Assembly: GCA_951406725.2 (NCBI GenBank)
Contig: OX597817.1
Span: 123,938,001-124,002,000, forward strand
Direction: 5' to 3'
Source of the DNA: Octopus vulgaris
Lineage: Eukaryota
DNA: 64,000 nucleotides
Shown piece after piece: positions 1 through 13,882 of the stretch (the first letter of the stretch is position 1; every line of letters begins with the position of its first letter). The notes beneath the pieces are model-generated. The model saw only the letters and a list, made by a program, of their open reading frames with translations. It did not search any database and was not told the origin of the DNA. Both the position numbers and the translations under genes were made by a program.

Positions 1-167
1 GAGCAAATCGACCCCAGGACTTATTCTTTGGAAGCTTAGTACTTATTTTATTGGTCTCTTTTGGTGAACCGCTAAGTTACAGGAATGTAAACTCACCAGC
101 ATCGGTTATCAAGTGATATTGGGGGGACAAACACAGACATACAAACATACTCACACACACATACATA

Positions 168-224
<57 letters not shown>

Positions 225-353
225 GATGGGCTTCTTTCAGTTTTCGTCTACCAAATCCACTCACAAGGCTTTGGTCAGCCTGAGGCTACAGTAGAAAACA
301 CTCACCCAAAGTGCCATGCGGTGGGACTGAACCTACTTACCACACAGTCATGC
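1..353 (-). mobile_element. tRNA-derived SINE, family A (internal (TA)n), cut by window start
   Basis: Same body as full copies at 3632-4050 and 13026-13430 (ttggtc.gcc.gaggcta..gtagaa.acact.gcccaa.gtgcca.gc.gtgggactgaacc); deletion within the head. Confidence 0.85.
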
Positions 354-1154
354 TTTCAAAATATTCTGTACTTCCCTCGACTTTCATTTTCTTTAAACAT
401 AACATTCACAACTCTTCTCTTTTGTATTAAACCCTCAGCATCAATTCAACAAAGAAGCTCCTACACAGTCACTCAGCATGCTAGAAATAGTATCTAAATC
501 CTCTAACACAACCTACATTTGTTGACTATTGTTCTGTTCAATGATATCAACAATAGTATAAATGCCTATCTGTCCATGTTCCACGGCAGTCCCTTAATTC
601 CATAATTCTGATTCCATAATTCTGATGTGTCCCTTTTCCCTCTCTTCTCTCTCATTTTTGGGAAGAATCTCTCTCTATTCACTCTCTTGCACACTCTCTA
701 CTCTTTCTCTTTCTAATATCTCTTTCTCTCTCTATTTCTATTCTATCTCTCTTTCTACTCTCTCTGTACTATCCCTCACTCACTCTCTCTCTCTCTCTTT
801 ACTCTTTCTCTTTCATACACATGATATTAGTCAGACAAATTCAAAGTGTTGCTCTCTTGAGGTTTACTGCATGTAAGAAGAATTTGCTCCATTTTGTCTT
901 GCCAGACAAACACTTTTGAGGGATGAATAAACAGTAAAACTGTCTGAAGATTTTTTGTCTTGACCCCACCTCATCAATTAACAGGTTCAACTTCATGCAA
1001 ACAAAATTTACTTTCCCATATTGCCCAACCATGAAAAGGGCATTAGAAGGTATTGATCTTTATATCAATGCCTAAAAAACAAAATACATCTACAATCAAT
1101 TCATTCAATCAAAACCCTCTAAAAGTTGTTGAATCTTTCCTATAGTTAAGCAAT

Positions 1155-1305
1155 ATTTATTTCTTTATTGCCCACAGGGGAGCTAGACATCGAGGGGACA
1201 AACAAGGACAGACAAAGGGATTAAGTCAATTACATCGGCTCTAGTGCATAACTGGTAATTATTTAATCGACCCTGAAAGGATGAAAGACAAAGTCTTCCT
1301 CGGCC
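1155..1305 (-). mobile_element. SINE family B, 3' part
   Basis: Reverse complement of the 3' two-thirds of 17636-17863 (ggacaaacaaggacagacaaa, gaaaggatgaaag.caaagtc). Confidence 0.8.
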
Positions 1306-1576
1306 ACAGTAATGTACGTAAAACACGGGTTGTTCTTTATGATACCAGTGTAATCTGCAAGTCATTACTATGAGATGATGTTAAAGAGAGGCTTCTTTTC
1401 CACTGTGGAATTAGTGTGGTTATGGGTCTTCTGCATGGACACTCTTACAATACTTAGAGGCAAGGCTTGTTGGTGCCTACACCTGTCTGTGATGGGATGT
1501 TCTGAACATTTCCTGAATAAAGAATCTGACCATAAGCAGGAACTCGTTAATGATGCTTGACTATCGACACCCTAAA

Positions 1577-1627
<51 letters not shown>

Positions 1628-3631
1628 TATATATGGTTCAATTTTCTCACAAAACCCGTTATCAATTAGCTGTATAGCAAGTTGCCCTTCTTATCTTCAA
1701 ATTCTGTATAGGATTGTGACACATGGTGTGACTGTGTTGAGCAAACCTGAGCTTGCTCAACTCTATATATGTATGCAAGCTTATGTGTGTGTGTGTGCAC
1801 ACGATATGATATATTATCTGATAGCTTTCATGTAATATATGATAATATATTCAAACATCTGATAATTTAAGAGGCAACAGGCTCGGATTGTCAGCTAAAA
1901 GAGAATTGATACAAAACTCAGTGGACTGGTATTTTGGGGGTCATTCAGTTGAGATTTGTTGAATAATACTCTACTTTTATATATTGAGTTTTGTAATCTA
2001 TTGCTTCTTGGTGGATAAACACAAATTAATGCAAATTAATCCTAAGCTAAAAGTACTATCCTGTATAAAGATTGATAAATATAACAGTTTATCAAAAAGC
2101 ACCAGTTTGATTTCCAAGCTAAGAACATCACAGTTTTGCTGAGTATATATTACATGAAACATGTAATAGAAATAAAACAGAAGATTTTTATAAGAAGATT
2201 GAAGTAGTGTGTATATTCACTTGAAAAAAAAAAAAAAGAGAGACTAGACAATATAAGGATGGTAAATTTGGCTTCAGAACATGCAAAAGTTCACTGCATA
2301 ACAAAGCCAGAGAAAAGTTGAAGAGGACTTTTTAAACATCTTGAAAGGAATCAAATTGCATAAAGTGCACAACAGTCTTAAAAGTAAGTTGAATGAACAC
2401 TTGACATCTTAAGTAAATCTAATAAGTTGCATGCTTTCTCAGATAAAACAAGGATTCTGTATAATACAGACGGTAATACAGAGAAAAGGCTTTTATCATC
2501 TAACATAACAAACGTCTATAAGAACTCTAGAAACGTGATTTATAAGTCTATTAATCTAGAAACGAAATAGTTTGCAGCAAAGCTAAAGATAGATGACAGG
2601 GCAGAAAGCTTGGCACCCAATTCTCCTTGTACATTTAGAAAGCACAATTAAAATTTGAAAGTAACCCTCGGTGTTGATTAATTAACCCAGTAGCACCATA
2701 GTCAGGTATAGTTAGCAAAAGAATATTAGAGAATGTCATTTTCACAGTAAAAGCAATTTTCTCCCTAAAATTATGGTGCAATATGTAAGAAGTGCTAGAA
2801 TGGTTAAATGAGATAAAAGAGTAGAAAAACTGCAAATTCATGCAATTTTATACTTTGATAACTAAGCCATTGTTAATGAAAACCCAAGATTTTGTGTAAA
2901 CAATTACTGGTATTAGTTAGTCAAATACTAATGTGAATATGACGGCAAGAAATTTAGTCCTGTTTTTTTTTTCAATAACAAAACATAGCTTTAAAAAAGG
3001 TGACTGAATTGTTTGATGTATATAGAAGCATATGATGGTGCTTGGGTGAGTGATATTGTATACAAGAATAAGAAAGGAAAAGGAGAACTTTATCATATAA
3101 TATAACATTAAATCTAGCAGAAAATGCTAATATAGCTTGGGAATTCCTAAATTTAATAGATTATTTTTTCTTGTTATTTACATAAATTGGAACTGTCTTA
3201 ATGTTAGTTATTCAGCATTTATGAATTTTGGTTCTTATATCAAAGATTATAATGTTACATGGCTGAATGAAACAGCGAGGTAAGCATCTAGCCAATGCCA
3301 ATATTGTAACTATAAAATTTGTAAAATTTGCCCTCTAGATGGTAATTCTTCAGCAAATTTTGTTATATGTAGCACTAAAGTTAAAAACCAATAGCAGTAA
3401 TGAAATAAAAGTATATATTGGGGCAACAAAACTAACTTACAGAATTGATTTTATGTGCAGAAACATAATTTGTTAGCCCTGATAAACATGTGTTCAACTT
3501 TGTCAAAATTCATATGTTACTTGCAAGAGATAATACCACTTGATTTCAAAATTATTTGGTCAGTTGCAAATAAGACACAAACCTACAAGAGCATTACTTC
3601 AGATAAAGAAAAGAAATGGTGTAACCTTTAT

Positions 3632-4050
3632 CTCTTTTACTCTTTTACTTGTTTCAGTCATTTAACTGTGGCCATGCTGGAGCACCACCTTTAGTCAGGC
3701 AAATCGACCCCAGGACTTATTCTTTGTAAGCCTAGTACTTATTCTATCGGTCTCTTTTGCTGAACCGCTAAGTTACGGGGATATAAACACACCAGCATCG
3801 GTTTTCAAGTGATGTGGGGGTGACAAACACAGACACACAAACATGTACACACAAGCATACATACATATATATATATACATATATACGATGGGCTTCTTTC
3901 AGTTTCCATCTACCAAATCCACTCACAAGACTTTGGTTGGCATGAGGCTATAAGTGGAAGACACTTGCCCAAGGTGCCATGCAGTGAGACTGAACCCAGA
4001 ACCATGTGGTTCGTAAGCAAGCTACTTACCACACAGCCACTCTTATGCCT
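3632..4050 (-). mobile_element. SINE family A, full length
   Basis: Minus strand: head aggcataagagtggctgtgtggtaag...ggttcagtctc (A/B-box-like), caccttgggcaagtgtcttc body, internal (TA/TG)n, tail ggtgctccagcatggcc...gaaacaagtaaaagag. Confidence 0.9.
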
Positions 4051-4620
4051 ATATCTGTGGAAGAAAATAAACATTTTCCTCTGAAATAGAAAAAATTTGA
4101 ACAACTGTACCAAAAGAGTTAGCACCTTATATTTACTAAACAAAACCTCTCCTGTCCACAAGCCAATCTCCTTGATTTCTTTCATCTGGTCCAAATCCAA
4201 GATCTCATGCAAATGTATGCATATGGACAAATTTATTTTGGTGAACTGGAGGACACCACACATTCCAGATTGAGCAACTGACTTTGGACTTCTCTATGTT
4301 GAATTAGCCATCTACAACTAGCTTAGTTATGGCTTTATATTAAAAAGGACAATACACTAATTTTCTTTCTTTTCTCTTTATATTTTTCTTTCACTCTTTC
4401 AATATTTGCATCTAACTTCTTGTTTTTTCTCATTATTTCTCTTGGACCAGTGTCCTGATTTTCAAATTAAATACACCATATGCTCAGAGACAGAAGGTTG
4501 CTTGGAGACACAAGACATGTTATAAAAGCCTGCCTAGATCCATGTCTCCAAGCAAGAAACTAATAGTAGCTTGAATCTTTATTCTGTAAACGTTAAATGA
4601 TAATTATCTTTTACTGGATA

Positions 4621-4811
4621 CTCTTTTACTCTTTTACTTGTTTCAGTCATTTGACTGCAGCCATGCTGGAGCACCACCTTTAGTCGAGCAAATCGACCCC
4701 AGGACTTATTCTTTGTAAGCCTAGTACTTATTCTATTGGTCTCTTTTGCGGAACCGCTAAGTTACAGGGACGTAAACACACCAGCATCGGTTGTCAATCG
4801 ATGTTTGGGTT

Positions 4812-4849
<38 letters not shown>

Positions 4850-5421
4850 GTACATATACATATACTAGCAATATCGCCCGGCGTTGCTCGGGTTTGTAAG
4901 GGAAATAACTATATAAGCATTTTTAGAGATGTAAAGTATAATAGCCATCTCAATATGGCTAACCACAAAGTGGGGGTGTTACTGTAGCTTTTTACGTCCT
5001 TATATATGAGTCCTTATATAAGAGTTACTTCCCTTATATATGCCAAAAATGCATTAAAAATGGGAAAAATTGATGGTAAATTTTTTTTTAAATCGTAGAC
5101 TCATCGTAGACGCGCACTAATACCCAGAAGGGCTCGATATGAATCACGACTATAAGATACCCGGTTTTGGTTAAACTGCACCGCAAAATGTGGGAGTAGT
5201 TAGGAATCTAAATCGTAGGAGACAGACAGCACACAACCTCTCTTTTATATATAAAGATATGACGGGCTACTTTTAGTTTCTGTATACCAAATCCACTCAC
5301 AGGGCTTTGGTCGGCTCGAGGCTATAGTAGAAGACACTTGCCCAAGGTGCCACACAGTGGGACTGAACCTGGAACCATGTGGTTGGTAAGCAAGCTACTT
5401 AACACAGCCACTCCTGCGCCT
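4621..5421 (-). mobile_element. SINE family A interrupted by a Helitron
   Basis: 3' half 4621-4864 and 5' half 5258-5421 are collinear with other family A copies. Confidence 0.88.
4865..5257 (-). mobile_element. Non-autonomous Helitron
   Basis: Minus strand starts TCTTTATATATAAAAG, ends with hairpin CCCGAGCAACGCCGGG then CGATATTG-CTAG; inserted between A and T with no TSD. Confidence 0.85.
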
Positions 5422-5719
5422 GTGGAATACTTTTTTATTGAACTTTCTTTAACTGAACATTAAAATGTGTGTGAGTGTGTGTCTGTTTGCTTTTATGTTC
5501 AGTTAAATGATTTTAAATTTGTCTATATTTTTGTTGAGTACACATTTGTTATTCTTAAACAATGAATGTTGTTGTCAGTGACTTCAAGGTTTCAGTTTGC
5601 TAAGCCATTGTTGAAGTCTAAACCATGTCTAATCAGACTGCAGTCTGGTGTAGGCCCTCAGTTTACCAGCTTTGATCAAATCGTCCAACAGACATTACAT
5701 GTTGATGATGATGATGATA

Positions 5720-5888
5720 TATATGTGACAAGTTTCTTCCATTTTCCATCTACTAAATCCATGCATAAGGCTTTGTTTTCTCTAAAGATATAGTAGAAGG
5801 CACTCGCTAATGGTGCCACACAGTGGGACTGACCCAGAATCATGTGGTTGGGAAGCAAGCTTCCTACAACACAGCAACGCTTACACCT
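5720..5888 (-). mobile_element. SINE family A, degenerate 5' half
   Basis: ggtgccacacagtgggactgacccagaatcatgtggttgggaagcaag matches the family A head. Confidence 0.75.
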
Positions 5889-5925
5889 ATATAAATGTTT
5901 ATATATATGTGTGTGTGTGCATGTG

Positions 5926-5963
<38 letters not shown>

Positions 5964-6022
5964 AGGAAGGAAGGAGAGATAAGTATATATATATATGCAT
6001 GTGTGTGTGTGTTTGTACACGT

Positions 6023-6456
6023 TCTTTTACTCTTTTATTCTTTTACTTGTTTCAGTCATTTGACTGTAGCCATGCTGGAGCACCACCTTTAGTCAAATAA
6101 ATCGACTTTAGGACTTATTCTTTGTAAGTCTAGTACTTATTCTATCGGTCTCTTGTACTGACCCACTAAGTTACGGTGACATAAGCAGACCAACTTCGGT
6201 TGTTAAGCAATGGTGCGTGTGACAGACACAGACACACAAATACATATATACATATATGTATCTATATGTATATATATATATATATACACGCAATAGGCTT
6301 CTTTTAGTTTCCATCTACCAAATCTTCACTCACAAGGCTGTAGTTGGCCTCAGGCTATAATAGAAGTCAATTGCCCAAGGTGCCATGCAGTGGGACTGAA
6401 ACCAGAACCCTTTGGTTGGGAAGCAAACTTCTTAGCAAACAGCCACTCTTGTGCCT
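6023..6456 (-). mobile_element. SINE family A, full length
   Basis: Collinear with 3632-4050 from tail to head. Confidence 0.88.
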
Positions 6457-6729
6457 AAATAAATTTAGGTGTGATGATATCTGCAGTCTAATTGGAGAAT
6501 ATATTTGATGAATGTCTTCTTCAGATAATTTTGCAAACCATATAACTACATATTCAGCAATTCAGTCGCACGCATTCATATACACCAAGCTATGGCATTA
6601 GAATTAATTTTGCCCGTTAATCCTTAATGAATCCATAATGAATCAAATAGATGAATTGAATCAAGCTGTTTATTTTATGAAATGTTATTTCCCTGTTTGT
6701 TATACAAAATTTGGCTACCTGCAGCTGTA

Positions 6730-6923
6730 CATATACATATATACAGACATATATATTATATAATATATATAATATATATGTGGCAGGGTATGCATATATA
6801 TACATATATATGCATATATATATATACATATATATGTGCATATATATGCACACATATATATATATATATATATGTATATACATATATGTATATGCATATA
6901 TATATATATGTGGTGGGGTATGC

Positions 6924-6954
<31 letters not shown>

Positions 6955-7029
6955 ATACATACATATATATGTATACACACATATATATATACATATATAT
7001 GTATATATACGTATACATGCATATATATG

Positions 7030-7066
<37 letters not shown>
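6730..7066. repeat. Compound (TA)n/(TG)n/(TATG)n microsatellite
   Basis: Seen directly; explains the YI-rich ORFs. Confidence 0.95.
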
Positions 7067-7068
<2 letters not shown>

Positions 7069-7689
7069 GGATTGCAATTTCAAAGGGATTAATCAAAAGG
7101 ACAAGCATTTATCTTAGTCCTATTTGTGTGAAGTTCCTCCGACATGCTCGGATTTGTTATCGTAGTTATTGCTTTTATATGATGGAAAGAACTCATTATT
7201 TGTTTCTTAATATTGACGGGTATTATTTGAAACAAAACAAAAAAGAAAAAAAAAAACTAATGATAGATTTCCTTACTTAAAAAGGAAAAAAAAAATCTCA
7301 TCATAAACATTCATGCAAATAATAATAATGACAATAACAACAACAGCAGCAACAACAATAATGATAATAATAGAAAAGTAAAGTACACAACAACAAACCA
7401 AATGAAAGGAATATTATCCTAAGTAAAATGATGTAACAAGAAAAAAGTGAATAAATGAATAAATGTATAAATATATAAATTTTAAAGTTGTAAATGAAAT
7501 GTTTTTTGTAATTTTCTTGTCTATGTTTTTCTGTTTTTTTTTATGAGAAATAAAACAAACAGCCAATCTGAATTAGCTTCTAAAATAACAGTATGGGGGG
7601 AAAAAAATGAAAGTGAGTGCGGAGGGAAAGAGATATGAAGCAAGAGAAAGAGAGGAAAGAGAGGGAGAATATATATTTAGAGTGAGTGA

Positions 7690-8000
7690 CAATGTACATA
7701 TGTATATGCACACATATATATCATATATATATATTGTATATATGTATGTTATATGTCTATATATATATATATATATTTATATATATCGTATTTATAAACA
7801 CACATGTACATACATATATATATACACATATATATATGTATATATAAATGTGTGTATATATATATATACATACATACATATATACATACACATATATACA
7901 CATATATATATGTATATATATATTTATATATATACATACATACATACATATATATATTTATGTATGTATGTATGTATGTATGTATGTATATATATATACG
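7690..8000. repeat. Compound (TA)n/(CA)n/(TATG)n microsatellite
   Basis: Seen directly. Confidence 0.95.
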
Positions 8001-8611
8001 GAGAAAGAGAGTGAAAAGAACATAAAACAAAATTAGGTGCTTTTTTTATTTTATGTTTTTTTTTTCATTTTATATTAGTGAAAGCAATTTATATAAAATT
8101 ATGTGGTCACAATCTGATCTTCTGCAATCATCTTAAAAAATAATAAAGTAACATGGGGAATTTAAAGAATTGGACAGTCACTGTTTCTATGCCAACACAA
8201 AAAGAGAAGACAATAGCATAAAAAGAAAGGTAGAAAAAAAGAAAAAAAAACTAGAAAGAAAGTGAAAATGGAAAAAAAAGCAATAAGGAAGAATGAAGGA
8301 AGGAAAGACAGATAAAGCGTCACAGCTATTGTTTATGTGCATCAATTACTCTGGTTCTAAGAAGACAGTAGAAGCGTCTCTACATGACAAATGACCACTT
8401 CTATTATGCAATCCATCCAGCTTATAGCACCAAGAAGAGCTGAATGGCTGGAATGGATTATTTGCTAAATCAGGGATGAAGAAAAAATATTATTCATATT
8501 CAGATTCCTGTCTAAGTATCATTAGATGATGATGATGAGAATGATGATGATAAGGCAGAAGAAGAAGATGTGGAGGATTGGGAGGGAAATAATGATATAT
8601 ATATGTACATA

Positions 8612-8657
<46 letters not shown>

Positions 8658-8659
<2 letters not shown>

Positions 8660-9180
8660 GGTGGCAAACTGTCAGAAACGGTAGCATGCCGGGTGAAATG
8701 CTTAACAGTATTTCGTCTGTGTTCTGAGTTCAAATTCCGCCATGGTTTTCTTTGTCTTTCATCCTTTCAGAGTCGATAAATTAAGTACCAGTTATGTACT
8801 AGGTCGATCTAATCGACTGGCCCTCTCCCCAAAATTTTGGGCCTTGTGCCTAGAGTAGAAAAGAATAAAATAAGTACCAGTTGAAGACTGGGTCAATGTA
8901 ATTGACTTACCCCTTATCTTGAAATTGTTGGCCCCGTGCCAAAATATAAAACTATTATCAATATTATTAAGGTGATGACCTGGCAGAATTGTTAGCATGC
9001 CAAGAAAAATGCTTAAAAAGATTGTCTGTCTTTATGTTCTGAGTTCAAATTCTACCAAGGTCAACTTTGCCTTTTATCCTTTGGAGGTTGATAAAATAAG
9101 TACCAGTTGAGTACTGGAGTCAATGTAATTGACTTATCCTCTCCCTCACAATTGCTGGCCTTGTACCAAAATTTGAAATC
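8658..9180 (+). mobile_element. Tandem SINE family B copies (alternative-tail subfamily) in (ATT)n context
   Basis: Heads aaggtggcaaactgtcagaaacg (8658) and aaggtgatgacctggcagaattg (8969); cctttcatcctt...gtcgataaattaagtaccag core (resembles the Nin domain); extra tail fragment ~8870-8960. Confidence 0.82.
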
Positions 9181-9195
9181 ATTATTATTATTATT

Positions 9196-9750
9196 GAGTG
9201 AGAGAGCAGTGCATGCCATAAAAGTGACATTGAGGTAAAATATACGAAGCCCAGTATACCCATCATGACTACCTGTCTGATAAGGGTACACCAGGCACAT
9301 GCATCGCAACCATATGTGCATGACATGGTGATCTCATATTAAGTTAAACAGCACATGACCTTGCAGGTGGGGCCCAGTTAGAATTTTCTTCTGGTCGAGT
9401 AGCCCATCTCTCTCAAAAGGTCTTTGAATAAGGGTTGTTTAAGGATGTCAAACAAAACACCCATGTTTCCAGAGGTGAATTATCCAAACCCCAAAGAATT
9501 CCTCTCAACACATGACTATGATGCTTCCCCACTACTTCTGCTCGTGATCAAAGATGCACATATCGTTAGCTACTAAAGGACATGCTCAACTGGTTAAGAT
9601 CAAACAACTGACAAGCAAATCTGTGGTATTAAGTAGAATATTTGCTGTAGCCCATTTTTAATACCAAGACAAAACAGTGTACATAATAACATTCCAATCA
9701 GTCAGGATCAGAAGCCATGAGAGCCACTGTCTGGTACTGCATCAGGGCAT
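9196..9750 (-). mobile_element. Repeat family C (~555 bp non-autonomous retro-element with (AAT)n tail)
   Basis: Collinear copies at 59156-59709, 58685-59137 and 14068-14585; flanked by (ATT)n on both sides; strand inferred from tail. Confidence 0.8.
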
Positions 9751-9827
9751 TTGTTATTATACGTATTATTCTTATTCTTATTATTGTTATTATTATTATT
9801 GTTATAATTATTATCATTATTATTCTA

Positions 9828-10027
9828 TGTTTGATTTTGCTTTATATTTGTACAAGTTGGCTCCAAGTCTCACCCAGAGACCTCAAGAGACAACAGGTTG
9901 GAAGTTCATGCTGTTGTTTTGTCTAGTGTGCCATATATTTGGGTTTGTTTTGGTGTTGTACTAGTGAATGTCCAAAAATAAATAAAAAAATAAAGATAAA
10001 AAAAATTATTTTTGTTTTAAATCCTGT

Positions 10028-10084
<57 letters not shown>

Positions 10085-10260
10085 ATTATTATTATCATTA
10101 TTATTATTGTTGTTATTGCTGTTGTTGTTGTTATTACTATTATTATATGGTTGGCTTTTGCTTTGTATTTGCACAAGTTGACTCCAAGTCTCACCCAAAG
10201 AGCTCAAGAGACAACAAGTTAGAAATTCAAGTTGGTTGTTATTAATGGCTCCATTTAGGT
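9828..10260 (-). mobile_element. Two R4/Dong-like LINE 3'-end fragments in (TAA)n arrays
   Basis: Repeated module cttgag.tct.tgggtgagacttggag.caacttgt.caaata.aaagcaaaa followed by (TAA)n at ~9835-9960 and ~10155-10230; TAA targeting is known for Dong elements; clade assignment is inference. Confidence 0.55.
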
Positions 10261-10439
10261 GAAAGAGCTCAGAAAGATTTGTAACATAAAGATTTGGAAG
10301 AAATTTGTAAAGCAACTCTGCCAGTCCACTAACCAAGAGGTGCATATAATACATAGCATCAGACTGCTAAGTTTTTTCCTTCAGAAATATAAAAGAAGCA
10401 CTATAATGTAATGAGGCTTTAGGCCAGATGGGATAAAGA

Positions 10440-10683
10440 ACCTTCCTAAGTCATATAGACTCATAAGGGCTGGTTTTCCAGTTTTAGTGGTGCATATATT
10501 CCCCATCTGGATGGGATGCCAGTCCATTGCAAGATTACTCATTTTTGCCAGGTGAGAGAATTGAAACATCGTGAAATGAAGTGTTTTGCTCAAGAACACA
10601 ATACATTGTCCAGTTCAGGAATCGAAACGACAATCTTACGACCATGAGACCATCACCCCTAACCACTAAGCATGTGGCTCCAG
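10440..10683 (-). mobile_element. tRNA-derived SINE family D
   Basis: Shares ttgtgttcttgagcaaaacacttcatttc and gc.atggactggc.tccc.tccag modules with 23545-23820 and 35895-36150 (resembles Meta-/V-SINE domains). Confidence 0.78.
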
Positions 10684-10759
10684 AATGAAGCTTTATTTTA
10701 AAATAATTTTTATCATATATCAACATAGTTTTTTATAGAATGAAATAATTCATTCTGCT

Positions 10760-11408
10760 GAAGGAACAAAACCTGAAATTTTAGGGAGGTGAGGTTGGGC
10801 TAGTTGAATATATCACCCCCAGTGGCCAACTAGTACTTATCTTATCCATGCTGAAATGATGAAAGCAAAGTCAACATTAGCAGAATTTGAATTCAGAACA
10901 TAAAACTAGAAGAAATGCCATTAAAGATTTTGCCAGTTTGGCGCCTTGTAGAATGAAATATTTGTTTCAGATTTTGGAACAAAGCCAGAAATTATGGGGA
11001 AAAGGCCAAGTAGATTAAATTGACTCCAGTGTTCAACTGGTAGTTATTTCATTGATCCTGAATGGAAGAAAGGCAAAATCAACCTCGGTGGAATTTGAAC
11101 TCAGAATGTAAAGGTGGATGAAATGCCACTAAGCATCATGCCCGGCATACCAATTATTCTGTCAGTTTGCTGCCATTTTGTAGAATGAAATATTGATTTC
11201 AGATTTTGGCACAAGGCCAGCAATTTCAGGAGTGAGTTTAAGTCAATTAGATCAACCCCAGTGCTCATCTGGTATTTATTTTACTAACCCCTGAAAGGAT
11301 GAAAGACAAAGTCGACCTTGGCAGAATTTGAACTCAGAAGATAAAGACAGATGAAATGCTGCTAATAATTTCACCCAGGGTGCTAATGTTTCTGCCAGCT
11401 CACCACTT
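10760..11408 (-). mobile_element. Three tandem SINE family B copies
   Basis: Three repeats of caactggta.ttattt...gatgaaaggcaaagtc.acc..ggc.gaatttgaactcagaa separated by tagaatgaaata linkers. Confidence 0.82.
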
Positions 11409-13025
11409 TTGTAGACTGAATTATTAAAAGACTAAAGTGTTTAGGTCATCTCTATGGATTATCATCAAATATATATCTTTTTAGCAGTTGTAAAACACTG
11501 CATTATACATGCTATTAATACATTTTTAAGACAATAAAGACCCCAAAATTAAGACACATATTATATATGAACAATCATAAATGGACTTTTATAGTATTTA
11601 CATCATTAATGATTACATTTTGACAAATGTCTCATTGTTGCATTTTTATGTTTCCTTTCTCAAATGAAAAAGAAACACAATTAAATACTTAAAAACGTGA
11701 ATCTTTGTTCATTATTTGTTCATCTCAAAGAGCAATGAATTGAAGTTACACAGGAGCAGTGGACAAAATACCTTTGTGCTAATTAGTTATATGTCTTTAA
11801 ATTTTGAATTTAAGTCCCACATGATGATGATCAAATCAGCATGCTCCCACTTGTCATCTCCCTTAAAATTTGTGGCCTGTTACCAATATTTCAGAATTAA
11901 TTATTCTTTCAAACTCTCTATCTCTCTCTCTCTCTCTCCTCCATACCTCGCTATTACCCTATCTCTTACTCATATAGTAGTAGATTTTAGTTCTTTAAGA
12001 ATTGTAAAGAAAACAATTATCAATGCTCAATCACATGAAAAAAATAAAATAAAAGAATAAAATAAATTAATAACAAGATCCAAGATGATGACAAAATATA
12101 TATGTTAAAAAGAAAAACAATATAAAACCACAAAAAAAATTTCATTTAATGATCAAGAATTTGAAATTACAAGACCATAATACTTTATATTGTTTTATTT
12201 GAGTTCATTCCAGAGAGATGTTGCCAAAATTATTACTTTTATTTTATCATTTTTATTTCAATATTTTCTTGTGTGAACAAAAAAACAAAATCTAATCAAA
12301 AGTAATTTTCAATATAAATCCAGAGGGAAGTGATACTGCAAGTATTAAGATAGGAAAATAATTAGAATTTAAGAGAAAAGAAAGAAACAATTATTTATCT
12401 ATTATGTTCCTTAACATCTAAACATCAATAGAAAAGAAAGAACTGAAGGAAAGTTATGCAGACTTTTTTATTTTTTTTAGAATTACATTAATGTTATCAT
12501 TATTGCTGTCATAAAGGCAGCCAATTGGTTCTGTTGTTAGAGCTGTAGTTAGAATGTTTTACAGTACCTCTGTACTCTGAGTTCAAATCTATTTGCATTT
12601 TTTGACAAATAAAACACCAGTTCACTACTGGAGTAAGTTCTTCTTTCACAACAAGGCCTTTCATCATTTTTGAGGGTTGATAAATAATGTGCTGACATAG
12701 AGCAGTGGATTAGCAGAAATATTAGAGCATCAAATGGGATATCTGACAGTATCATCTTTCTGATCATTGCATTCTCACCAGAACATTTGCAGCATTAGTA
12801 CAAAACTGTATCATCCCTAAGACAACATCCATAGCATGAAGAAGAGAGATTATATACATGGATTACTTACAGGTTTGCATATAAGAGTAAAAAAAAAAAT
12901 AACTGATCCTTACCTAGGATTGCATGTTGGAGAAGAAATTTTCTGGTATAGACCCATAACACTATGAGATATAAAGAGTCCCCTTACATGCCTGGAACAT
13001 TATCTTCATTAGGAAAAGTGACTGA

Positions 13026-13430
13026 AGGCGCAGGAGTGGCTGTGTGGTAAGTAGCTTGCTAACCAACCACATGGTTCCAGGTTCAGTCCCACTGCATGGC
13101 ATCTTGGGCAAGTGTCTTCTGCTATAGCCCCGGGCCGACCAATGCCTTGTGAGTGGATTTGGTAGACGGAAACTGAAAGAAGCCTGTCGTATATATGTAT
13201 ATATATATATGTATGTGTGTGTGCTTGTGTGTCTGTGTTTGTCCCTCTAACATTGCTTGACAACCGATGCTGGTGTGTTTATGTCCCCGTCACTTAGCAG
13301 TTCGGCAAAAGAGACCGATAGAATAAGTACTGGGCTTACAAAGAATAAGTCCCGGGGTTGATTTGCTTGACTAAAGGCAGTGCTCCAGCATGGCTGCAGT
13401 CAAATTATTGAAACAAGTAAAAAAAAAGAA
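13026..13430 (+). mobile_element. SINE family A, full length
   Basis: aggcgcaggagtggctgtgtggtaag (A box), ggttcagtccc (B box), cttgggcaagtgtc body (CORE-like), internal (TA)(TG), tail ending gaaacaagtaaaaaaaaagaa. Confidence 0.92.
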
Positions 13431-13882
13431 TTAGTGGAATGCTAAATGAAAGGTTTTACTTCATTTCGTTATGACTGCTTAGCTTCTGGGCTCAATTCTT
13501 GCTGAGGTTCATTTCCAGGATCAATAATTGTCAGTTGAATTTTGTCCTGTTTTCTAAAAAAGAAATCCTTACTGTACAGTGCATCAGTTATCTGTGTCCA
13601 CCATGTTCACTGGAGGATTTTTGTAGCACGCAGGAAAAGAAAAAGTCATGGCCTTCATATAGTGCAGCATAGACAGCCATGAAAGTGTGAGAAAAAAAAC
13701 TAGAAATGTAAGAGAGAGAGAGAAAGAAGAATCTACTCCAGTCCTTGAGTGGTAGTTTATCTTTGATCCTGGAGGAGTGAAAGGCAATGTTGATCACAAA
13801 TAGATTTAAATCCAGAATGTAAAGACCAGGAACAGTAACACTAGGTCTTTGACCATTATTCTTATGATTAAGTTGATTTATT

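Noticed and set aside
6617-8036. Long YI/IY/VC-rich ORFs (also at 28k, 30.8k, 34.6k, 37.7k, 48.5k and 56.6k)
   Set aside because: Translations of (TA)n/(TG)n microsatellites, which lack stops in several frames.
10736-11423. CRISPR-like repeat-spacer appearance
   Set aside because: Eukaryotic context, the spacers are homologous SINE copies, and there are no cas genes.
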